From an uncultured virus (IMG/VR IMGVR_UViG_3300033149_002847) (Duplodnaviria; Heunggongvirae; Uroviricota; Caudoviricetes): a stretch of 64,000 bases of DNA. Of the stretch, positions 18,193 to 26,124 are shown in pieces. How positions within the stretch are numbered: the first letter of the stretch is position 1; each line of letters opens with the position of its first letter. The notes beneath the pieces are model-generated. The model ran no database searches and was not told where the DNA came from. It worked only from the letters and a program-made list of their open reading frames with translations. The stretch is taken from the IMG/VR virus record IMGVR_UViG_3300033149_002847; one strand, 5' to 3'. Both the position numbers and the translations under genes were made by a program.

Positions 18193-20043
18193 TTATTCTT
18201 TCCTAAAAGCGGTATCAGATCTATACAGCATAGTTCCACGTTTCTCTTTTAGAGCATCTTTAAATTCATCAATAGTAAACTCTGAAACAGGACCCAGAAA
18301 ATCTGGTCTATCATACTGAGAGAGATATCCTTCTATTGCTGATTCACGACTTGGAAATTGACACATGGCTTTATCTTCATCATATTTACGTGTAAAAGGA
18401 TCTTGCTGATGTACTACATAAACCATGTCTGAAGTATCATCGGGACCCAAATAAATATCAACCCCTTCATTATCTACAGCCTTAGTCCCTCCAATCCTTC
18501 CATAATCGAAGTTCATGTAAGTTTTCCATGGTTTACCGTTAGGATCTTTGCCTTTTCGATATGATCCTTTTTTATTCTCTATTGCTATATCTAATCCATA
18601 AAACTTTTTACGACCTTGAAGTTTGTATTTACGGTCATATTCAGCAGAAGGTGTAGTAATCGTTTTTTGTTTACTCATTAATCCTTTTTTCATGGTTTTA
18701 ACTATAATTGACTTCTTGCCTGGTTTATTATCCTCTATAAGCTTCTTAAGATCGGGTGGATAATCCTTCTCATTTACTACTGGACCAAAATCATACATAT
18801 CATAAGGGGAAGGATCTTTCTTTTCATTAGAACTCTCTTTTATTGCTTTTGCCATAACTGCTCCGTTTTTTTGAGATATTAAATCAGGAGGAGGATCACC
18901 TGAAGAATCCCTAAATGACCATGATGAAGCATATTGTTTAATTGCATCAAAAGTTTTTTCATTAGAAGTATTAGATAATACAACCCCAACAGGTACATAT
19001 CTTCCAGTAGGACCGGCAAACCGTTTTACTGCTCTTTGAGCAGACGTTCTTCTGGGACAGTACATATAATGAGCTTTTATATCATATCCAGCGTTCTTAA
19101 AATTAACTACTTTGTCTACAGCAGACTTAGTAGTTTTCATAGTTGCATCAATTACAATGTTTAATTTATAAGCCTTAGCCATTGCCATTGCTTTTTCTAA
19201 TATATCACTTGATTCTTCATGAACCTCAAAAGCGTTCCAACCATCATATTCTGCAAGTTGTTTTTTTATTTCGTCTGAATCCATGATAATTGCTTTTTTG
19301 GGATCGTAAATATTCCCATCAAACCATGATTTTCCAGACCCCCCTCTTCCACCAAGCATCATAAAAGTAGGTTGTTTCCCTGCTCCCGGACTGGCATTTC
19401 TTATTTTTTCAGGTGACAACATCTTAAGTATAATCTCTTCATGCTTTTTAGCTCTGGCCTTATCATAAACAGCAGCAGCACCTTCACCACTTATTCTATA
19501 TTTATCAATAGTAGGAGTAACCCCTTTTATTTTGGCTTCAGTTTCTTTGATTTTAGCCTTAATTTCAGGGGAAGCGTTCTTTAAAACTGATTCAATGGTA
19601 GTCTCAGGATTGTTGTTTTTTTCATAATAGGAATTTGCATCAAATTGATTAGCAGGTATTTTCTCTTTGGTTACTTCTTCTTTTTTAGAAGGTTTTCCTT
19701 TTTCCTCAGTATACTTATAAACCCATTTACCATTTACCATTTTTTTAGAAATATACTTAGCTTTTTGAAGTCTTACTATTATAGATTTACTCACCTTTTT
19801 ATCACAGGCCTTTTCAACTAAACCAGCATCCTTGAGTTTTGTATAATATTCAGGATTTTCTTCCAAGTGATCTAAAGCTATTTTTCGAGCTTCAAACTGT
19901 CTATCAGTATGTTCCATTTCTTCTTTCTTGCCGATATCAAGTTGGTTTCTAATATGTTCTACTGATACACCATGTTTTTCTGCTAATTTTTGACATTCAA
20001 CCGATCCGTTAGGATTTGTCGGATTTGATTTCACTACTATCAT
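18193..20043 (-). CDS. Polyvalent protein: DUF5661-like domain, zeta-toxin-like kinase and inorganic pyrophosphatase-like domain
   Basis: EMEHT...IALDHLEENPEYYTKL; GGRGGSGKS, DSDEIK, VHEESS, IDATM; IAIENKKGSYR...DYGRI...DNEGVDIYLG...YDEDKAM. Confidence 0.75.
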   Translation of the reverse strand: MIVVKSNPTNPNGSVECQKLAEKHGVSVEHIRNQLDIGKKEEMEHTDRQFEARKIALDHLEENPEYYTKLKDAGLVEKACDKKVSKSIIVRLQKAKYISKKMVNGKWVYKYTEEKGKPSKKEEVTKEKIPANQFDANSYYEKNNNPETTIESVLKNASPEIKAKIKETEAKIKGVTPTIDKYRISGEGAAAVYDKARAKKHEEIILKMLSPEKIRNASPGAGKQPTFMMLGGRGGSGKSWFDGNIYDPKKAIIMDSDEIKKQLAEYDGWNAFEVHEESSDILEKAMAMAKAYKLNIVIDATMKTTKSAVDKVVNFKNAGYDIKAHYMYCPRRTSAQRAVKRFAGPTGRYVPVGVVLSNTSNEKTFDAIKQYASSWSFRDSSGDPPPDLISQKNGAVMAKAIKESSNEKKDPSPYDMYDFGPVVNEKDYPPDLKKLIEDNKPGKKSIIVKTMKKGLMSKQKTITTPSAEYDRKYKLQGRKKFYGLDIAIENKKGSYRKGKDPNGKPWKTYMNFDYGRIGGTKAVDNEGVDIYLGPDDTSDMVYVVHQQDPFTRKYDEDKAMCQFPSRESAIEGYLSQYDRPDFLGPVSEFTIDEFKDALKEKRGTMLYRSDTAFRKE

Positions 20044-20161
20044 TCTTTTCCCCCTGGAACCAAGGCTCTTCCTGTATAGTTTTATTTAACATATCACAAT
20101 TAAGACATACCATCATACCTGATTCCATTTCCATTTCTTTTCCACAATCTGGACATTTCAT
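20009..20161 (-). CDS. Small zinc-ribbon protein
   Basis: MKCPDCG...VCLNC; ATGA overlap with MuF. Confidence 0.55.
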   Translation of the reverse strand: MKCPDCGKEMEMESGMMVCLNCDMLNKTIQEEPWFQGEKNDSSEIKSDKS

Positions 20162-21261
20162 AATATTATATCTCCTATTTCTGGATAGTAGCGATCCCAT
20201 GATCCCCGGCAAAAAGGATGGTTTCCAGACTCGGACCACCACCAATCAGCCCTACTGCGACCTATGTTTGATTTCCCACTCCATAGAGCAATGGAAGCAA
20301 CAGGATCGTTTATATTCTCATTCTGGAGAGGAACATCACTCCAACGAGCTATGACCTGCTCCTGAGTAGCTTTTATGCAAAATGAACAAGTTCTATCATC
20401 TGAAAACTCTCTACGAATAAAATATAGAGATTCTCCTGGCAAAGCATCCTTCATTTGCTCTTCAATATATTCTGAGTTAAATATATTAACCCCTTCAGTA
20501 TCAACTATTTTATCCCAGTTCTTATTTAAGTCTCCAAAATTATAAAATAAATCTTGTGATATTTCACCCTTGCTTTTTCCGGCTAAAAATCCTTGATCTA
20601 ATGTATCTCTTATTTTTTTTCTGGTAGATTCATTAATATCTGTAATGTAATTCCCTACCACTCTTTCACGGAATTTTAGTCTGTTGTAGTTATCTGGAAA
20701 AGCATCATTCAGCTCTGAATAGTTAGTCAATGAACTCCATTTCTTGCCCTTCACTTTTAAAGAATTTAGTGAAGTATCTCTTAAATCTTCCAGTGAATTA
20801 GTTTTTCTTAAGTTTGCAATTATACGGCCTACCGAGGCCTGAGAGATTACAAACTCCTTTTTCATTGCTCCGACATTTCTGTTTAGGAATTTATCTATTG
20901 CATCCAATAATCTATCTAAATCTTTCTGGTTAATTACTTGACCAGTTTCAGGGTTCCAGATTATTTCTTTCCCTAACTTTGTAGCACCTGGTTCAATACT
21001 TTTTTTAAAAGTACTCACTGGACGTATACCAAGGGTACTACAGAGTCTTGAATACAGATCATCCATGATTAGACCAAACTTAGCTATATACTTGTCATAT
21101 AGCTCTTGTTGAGCAATAAAGGGGAAATTTTCCTTATGATATTCTTTATGTTCAATAGTTGCCGGGACCTGCATAACTTTAGATATTTCTTTAATTGCTT
21201 TCTGGAATTTATCTTTCCGGTTAGAATCGGTTAAATTTTCTATTTCAAGATTGATTACCAT
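20158..21261 (-). CDS. MuF-like minor head protein
   Basis: RKKIRDTLDQGFLAG, IVDTE, RTCSFC, HPFCRG. Confidence 0.8.
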   Translation of the reverse strand: MVINLEIENLTDSNRKDKFQKAIKEISKVMQVPATIEHKEYHKENFPFIAQQELYDKYIAKFGLIMDDLYSRLCSTLGIRPVSTFKKSIEPGATKLGKEIIWNPETGQVINQKDLDRLLDAIDKFLNRNVGAMKKEFVISQASVGRIIANLRKTNSLEDLRDTSLNSLKVKGKKWSSLTNYSELNDAFPDNYNRLKFRERVVGNYITDINESTRKKIRDTLDQGFLAGKSKGEISQDLFYNFGDLNKNWDKIVDTEGVNIFNSEYIEEQMKDALPGESLYFIRREFSDDRTCSFCIKATQEQVIARWSDVPLQNENINDPVASIALWSGKSNIGRSRADWWWSESGNHPFCRGSWDRYYPEIGDIIL

Positions 21262-21296
21262 ACCCTAAGAATATCAATCTTAGGGTATTAAATCAA
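21260..21296 (-). promoter_or_regulatory. Promoter for a leaderless MuF mRNA, overlapped by an 11-bp inverted repeat
   Basis: TTGATT-17-TATTCT-TAGGGT-ATG; ATACCCTAAGA/TCTTAGGGTAT; no SD. Confidence 0.6.
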
Positions 21297-21310
21297 GATG
21301 CTGTAAGGAT

Positions 21311-21838
21311 TTAATCCATTATCATAGGCATAATTATAGAAGTCATATTACCTGCTCTAAACTTTATAGCCTTATCTTCTCCAAATACGTCAACTTCCCA
21401 GTAACTACCACCTACTAATAAATCATCAACAAACTTTAAACTTATAGCATTTTTGTCGGATAATTTTCTATACAACTTAGCCAGCTCTTTTGAGTAGTCT
21501 CTGTAATATTCAAATGTAAAAGTTATATGCTCACCTTCAGGCATAACCCTTTTATAATTAGGGAATTCCCCTATAGTTTCTTTATCAGCTTCAGCAAACC
21601 AAACTGTTTTTGTATTAGCTTTCAATACTTTATACAATTTTTTATCTTCAAAATTATAATGATTGTCACCTAATTCTAAAATATGAAGCCTTCTACCATC
21701 CGTACTGATTAGTTTATTATTTTCACAGTAAACAAAATTCATAAAAAACCTGGTCTCATCATCAGACACCGCCTTGCTGACAAACATAAATTCCTTTGCA
21801 TGAACCTTTAGTATTTCAATAAACTTTCCGTATTTCAT
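21311..21838 (-). CDS. Truncated beta sliding clamp (DnaN)-like protein
   Basis: AVSDDETRFFMN.V, STDGRRL, GEFPNYKRVMP, IIMPM; only 175 aa. Confidence 0.7.
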   Translation of the reverse strand: MKYGKFIEILKVHAKEFMFVSKAVSDDETRFFMNFVYCENNKLISTDGRRLHILELGDNHYNFEDKKLYKVLKANTKTVWFAEADKETIGEFPNYKRVMPEGEHITFTFEYYRDYSKELAKLYRKLSDKNAISLKFVDDLLVGGSYWEVDVFGEDKAIKFRAGNMTSIIMPMIMD

Positions 21839-21861
21839 ACTATTCTCCTTTTCTTTTTAAT

Positions 21862-22206
21862 TTAATTATTCTTAATGTATAAAACATTATCATATACAAG
21901 CTTCCAGTCCAAAGGAAGTCCCATATTCATAACAATATTCACAGCTACCGATATAGCTTCCTTTATTTCTGGATCAGGATCTTCATTCAGGATAGCCAAA
22001 CTTTTGTAAAGATAACCACACTGTTTATTTATCTCTACACTTACCAATTCTGGATTATCACCCCAATTATAAATAGAATAAGCTTTAATAGAAGTATAAA
22101 TATAAGGGAAATTCTCTTTAGTCCAGATTGAATAGTCATTCAAGGATTCCCCAAATAAACTAAAAACCAGTAGTAACATTACTAATATAATAATTATTTT
22201 CTTCAT
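21862..22206 (-). CDS. Hypothetical secreted protein
   Basis: MKKIIIILVMLLLVFSLFG signal peptide. Confidence 0.6.
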   Translation of the reverse strand: MKKIIIILVMLLLVFSLFGESLNDYSIWTKENFPYIYTSIKAYSIYNWGDNPELVSVEINKQCGYLYKSLAILNEDPDPEIKEAISVAVNIVMNMGLPLDWKLVYDNVLYIKNN

Positions 22207-22487
22207 TTTTTATCCTCCGCAATCTTTATTCTCTCAATAAGATACATAACTGCATCTGCTCTTGATATTTGACCTTCTTGTCTAAGGTTATAGGCTATCT
22301 GTTTAAAGTCTTCTATGTTTTTATCCATAGGCCAATTACCTCTGGGTTCGTTCAGGTTTGCATTTTCAAATACATCACACTGAATAATAGTTCCTGCTAA
22401 TGGTCCAGTGCCAGCATATTCTATATCTGAATATAAAGCAGGACACAATCCAAATTGTGTAAATTTGCATTTTTTACATAGATTCAT
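22203..22487 (-). CDS. Hypothetical protein
   Basis: Coupled ORF with Cys motif. Confidence 0.55.
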   Translation of the reverse strand: MNLCKKCKFTQFGLCPALYSDIEYAGTGPLAGTIIQCDVFENANLNEPRGNWPMDKNIEDFKQIAYNLRQEGQISRADAVMYLIERIKIAEDKK

Positions 22488-22750
22488 GATCCCTCCTTAA
22501 TTTTTACTGTGCCACAGTCAGGACAAGCATACATAGCAACATGTGTACCAATCACCACAGCTTCATGATCATCACTATTAGGAATATTATTTCTAGGTGT
22601 TGATCTATAAGGTTCCGTTTCTCCACCTACTATTTTAATAAATTCTTTAGGTAAATCACCAGTATATTCATCTGTAGAATATCGATCTCTTCCATCATCA
22701 TATCCGCATATACATTTCATAGGGTTCTCCTTATTTTTATTATATTCCAA
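22484..22750 (-). CDS. Zinc-ribbon hypothetical protein
   Basis: CICG...ACPDCG. Confidence 0.55.
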   Translation of the reverse strand: MEYNKNKENPMKCICGYDDGRDRYSTDEYTGDLPKEFIKIVGGETEPYRSTPRNNIPNSDDHEAVVIGTHVAMYACPDCGTVKIKEGS

Positions 22751-22758
22751 TTTATAGA

Positions 22759-23034
22759 TTAAGTTAATAACCTATAAGCCTTATTCCCTAGATCTCTAAC
22801 ACCTTCAAGATCCACTTCACAAAACGAAACAAACCCTCTAAACCCTGAAGTTTCCTGGATCTCATTTACAAAATTATCAATAAATATCTCCTCCGGAAGT
22901 TCTATATTTAAACCTCTGGATACTTTTTCAATATCCATTGCCATAATTTGTACTCTCATTTGATCAGCTCTATCTAAGTCAGTTCCTGCCAACAAATCAA
23001 TTGTCATAATATCTGCTATTGGTATGTTTTCCAT
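22759..23034 (-). CDS. Hypothetical protein
   Basis: SD AAGGAGAG. Confidence 0.6.
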   Translation of the reverse strand: MENIPIADIMTIDLLAGTDLDRADQMRVQIMAMDIEKVSRGLNIELPEEIFIDNFVNEIQETSGFRGFVSFCEVDLEGVRDLGNKAYRLLT

Positions 23035-23046
23035 AGTCTCTCCTTT

Positions 23047-23232
23047 TTAATACTCCGCAGCCATATTCTGAATAAGTTTCAACATTTCACTTGCTCCAGC
23101 TTCTATTTGTGAACTTACAGAATGTTTCCTAAGATCATTAAGGGCAAACCCCAGAAGGTACAAATCACCTTCTGATAGCTCTACATAATGTACCAGATTG
23201 CCTTCATCTCTGCTTGTTCCATTTACTTGCAT
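23047..23232 (-). CDS. Hypothetical protein
   Basis: SD GGAGG, coupled ORF. Confidence 0.55.
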   Translation of the reverse strand: MQVNGTSRDEGNLVHYVELSEGDLYLLGFALNDLRKHSVSSQIEAGASEMLKLIQNMAAEY

Positions 23233-23717
23233 AATTCCTCCAGTAAAGCAATTTCTTTATGTTTAGCCTTAATATCATTTTTAGCGTTAATTAATGCATA
23301 CCTGTTCAATTCCCCAGAAACTACGTCTTTTGTTATTTTAGCTAAAAGCCTTTGTTGGTACTTAATAACAGCTTTTATTGCAGGTTTAAAATACTGGCTA
23401 TCTTCAGGAATAGTGAACCGATCTTTTTCAAAATAATCAGTATATACATCGGTATCATTCAGTATCTGGAATTCGGTTTTAATTTCTTCAGAAAAATCTT
23501 CATATGTTTTAGAATAAACTCTTAAAACCCGTTCATCTTTAGAATTATGACCATATGATATAAAGCATTTATGAAGTCTTCCAGTTGAATCTTTAATGCC
23601 ATTATAGAAGAATTTTAATTTACTGTTACTTTTTTTTATTCCTATAAAATCAATTATTTCAGTAATATTATCTTTATCATTTTTAACAGGCTCAGGAAGT
23701 TTTACTATTTTTAACAT
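23223..23717 (-). CDS. Hypothetical protein
   Basis: SD AAGGAGAG, 164 aa. Confidence 0.65.
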   Translation of the reverse strand: MLKIVKLPEPVKNDKDNITEIIDFIGIKKSNSKLKFFYNGIKDSTGRLHKCFISYGHNSKDERVLRVYSKTYEDFSEEIKTEFQILNDTDVYTDYFEKDRFTIPEDSQYFKPAIKAVIKYQQRLLAKITKDVVSGELNRYALINAKNDIKAKHKEIALLEELCK

Positions 23718-23751
23718 TTTTTCTCTCCTTTCGATACGGAATATCCCAGAT

Positions 23752-24012
23752 CTAAATACTTTCTCTATAATCTTCCAAAGTATATATCTTAGTATTCACA
23801 CCTGAAGAAAGTATAACAGGTTCTTCTATGAAGAATTCTTCTTCTTTACCGTTTAAAGTAACCCCGTCTAACCAAGTTAAGCCAATGCAGTGATTATTGA
23901 ATTTGGATTTGATTAAATAACCAGAAGCACCTTTAATTACTTCATAATTATCATTGCCCCAGAATACTTTCTTACCATCATCTACAGCCTGTTTAATTTC
24001 GTTAACGTCCAT
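23752..24012 (-). CDS. Hypothetical early protein
   Basis: SD AAAGGAGAG; first gene after a motif promoter. Confidence 0.65.
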   Translation of the reverse strand: MDVNEIKQAVDDGKKVFWGNDNYEVIKGASGYLIKSKFNNHCIGLTWLDGVTLNGKEEEFFIEEPVILSSGVNTKIYTLEDYRESI

Positions 24013-24050
24013 AATCTCTCCTTTAGGGTTTCTTACCCTCTCACTATTAT

Positions 24051-24079
24051 AGTTTACACCTGTTATCTGATATTGTCAA
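24051..24079 (-). promoter_or_regulatory. Early-type promoter with conserved AACRRGTG motif
   Basis: TTGACA-ATATCAGATAACAGGTG-TAAACT. Confidence 0.8.
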
Positions 24080-24098
24080 GGGAATTTAAAAAATAGAT

Positions 24099-24147
24099 AA
24101 AAAACCCCCAGGAAAGGAGAGTAACCCAGGGGAAAAGCGAGGCTTTT
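24099..24147 (-). ncRNA. Candidate small RNA of about 50 nt with an anti-SD loop; doubles as a terminator
   Basis: Promoter TTGACA-17-TAATAT (24181-24153), then AAAAGC-CTC-GCTTTT hairpin, CCCCTGGG-TTACTCTCCTTT-CCTGGGGG and T6. Confidence 0.55.
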
Positions 24148-24177
24148 AATGAATATTAGGGTTTATTTCCTTGTGTG

Positions 24178-25289
24178 TCAAGTAATTAAGCCTTTTAAAA
24201 TATGGACAATTATATCGACTGTCCATCCATCTCCTAAACAACTATATATTTGATTATCAGATAATCCAGAACCTTTGAAAAAATTATCTGGTACAGTTTG
24301 GAGCCTACAACATTCAATAGGTGTTAATTTTCTAACTTTATATTTATCCAAATCTATAACTACACTTTGCCTATCTACCGTATTTAGAGTGTATGATTTG
24401 TCTGGATCTTCTTTAAAACCTGCACCATTTTGATTTTTGTTTATGAATTGATCGGATATCAAATATAATCCAGGTTTTGCACCACCTCCACCGCCTTCAG
24501 CCTTTAAGGTTACTGATTTATTATTGACACCGTAAACTCTTCCTGTTGCTCCACCTGATTCATATAAATTAAACAATTCACCTGATATAAAAGTACCATT
24601 CCATCTATTAGCATATCCCTCTTGAATAGCTCTTGATTTTTCAGGGTTTAAATTACACCATTTTTCATTCTCAAGTATTCTTGCTTTCACATATTTTTCT
24701 GCTTTCACCGTTAAGTAATACTTCTCATCAACTTCACTTTCAGGTTGCAGAATGTCTTTTAATAAAATACCCTTATCTTCTGGTTGCTGTATTTCACTTC
24801 CAAATAGATCATTTCCTGTACCTGGAATATTGGTCCAATATAAACGCTTTCTTGATTGAGCAGTAAGAAGAGAGGAATTTATCTTCACAGGAAGTACACC
24901 TAATCTTCTTGAAATTTCTATTTCTGCTTGCTTGTTCATTGGTACATTTTCTAACAAGAAATATACATCAGGATTCTTTTCCCTCAACTCTCCTAGTATC
25001 CTAAAATAATCCATAATCAGACCCGATCTAGGATCATCAAATTTTAATTGTTTTCCCATAACAGAAAACCCCTGACATGGTGATCCACCCATTAAAATAT
25101 CTACATCATAATCATATCCTGAAACTTTCGTGACATCACCAATATAAATATTATCAGGGAAACAGTTTTGACTTGCTTTTATTTTTGATGGTGTAATTTC
25201 GGAAGCATAGTATTTGTCAACCTTTATTCCTATACGCTCTAAAGCAAGCCTACCCCCCCCATTCCATCGAAAAGTGATAATATATTCAT
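24178..25289 (-). CDS. C5 cytosine DNA methyltransferase, frameshifted at a G8 tract (25253-25260)
   Basis: MNILSLFDGMGG (motif I) in one frame; RLALER...YYASEI...GDV...GGSPCQGFS, LENV, QSRKR, RKLTPIECCRLQ, GDGW in the other; one extra G joins them. Confidence 0.88.
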
Positions 25290-25549
25290 GCTGCTATTTC
25301 TAATCCTTCATTGTTCCAGATTCTTCCATTGTAAGATATTTCAGCAATTTTAACACCATTTTCAAACACCTGACCACCATTCCAATTTCCACCACCAAGA
25401 TTATATTCTGAAATATATTTCCGGCATTTCTCCGATGCTTCTTGTAGAGTATCAACATGTTTTATAAATTCAGGACTAATTGAATGATAAGGATCTTGAC
25501 AATAATCGGGATTACCGCATGATTTTAAAGATACAACATATTTTTTCAT
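25286..25549 (-). CDS. Hypothetical early protein
   Basis: SD AAAAGGAGAG; GGGNW...ISYNGRIW. Confidence 0.65.
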   Translation of the reverse strand: MKKYVVSLKSCGNPDYCQDPYHSISPEFIKHVDTLQEASEKCRKYISEYNLGGGNWNGGQVFENGVKIAEISYNGRIWNNEGLEIAA

Positions 25550-25576
25550 TATTAACTCTCCTTTTACTACATAATT

Positions 25577-25605
25577 AGTCTACACCCGTTAACATGTTAT
25601 GTCAA
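25577..25605 (-). promoter_or_regulatory. Early-type promoter with conserved AACRRGTG motif
   Basis: TTGACA-TAACATGTTAACGGGTG-TAGACT. Confidence 0.75.
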
Positions 25606-26124
25606 TACATCTTTTATTATCTGGTCAATATTATAATCTGCATGAGACTTCCAGAAGGGTCGCCATTTATTATTTAAACATATTTTGTTTTCTATTTGTT
25701 TAAACCAAAATGGAACACTATAAACCAGACTACCCTTATTATAAAATAACATTGATTTTTTATTAGTTAATTTATTTGTAGTTCTTGGTCCATCAATTGA
25801 AATTATGTTAAATCCTGAATTATATTCACCAAGTATTTGTGTAATTCCTCCACCCATACTGTACCCAAAAATATATATTTCATGAGGTGCATATATATTT
25901 GATTGTTTAATTATAAAATCATTCATCCATCTTGCATATTTCTTGAATCCTTTATGGACTTTACAAGCTGCTAATATATCATATTCTCTAAAAGCAATAA
26001 AATCTGATTTCCAATCTTCTTTATGGTTTGTAGGTTTTAAGTAAAAGATAAGCTTTTCATTTACAAATTCAAACCACCCTTCTATCCCTTCGTTAGTATT
26101 ATCGTCATTGAAAGATATTCTCAT
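25597..26124 (-). CDS. Alpha/beta hydrolase (lipase class 3-like)
   Basis: VHKGF, GYSMGG nucleophile elbow, C-terminal His (SHADY). Confidence 0.7.
   Translation of the reverse strand: MRISFNDDNTNEGIEGWFEFVNEKLIFYLKPTNHKEDWKSDFIAFREYDILAACKVHKGFKKYARWMNDFIIKQSNIYAPHEIYIFGYSMGGGITQILGEYNSGFNIISIDGPRTTNKLTNKKSMLFYNKGSLVYSVPFWFKQIENKICLNNKWRPFWKSHADYNIDQIIKDVLT

Noticed and set aside
24178..25092. The 304-aa methylase ORF as a complete or circularly permuted enzyme
   Set aside because: Motifs I-III lie directly upstream across a one-base frameshift.
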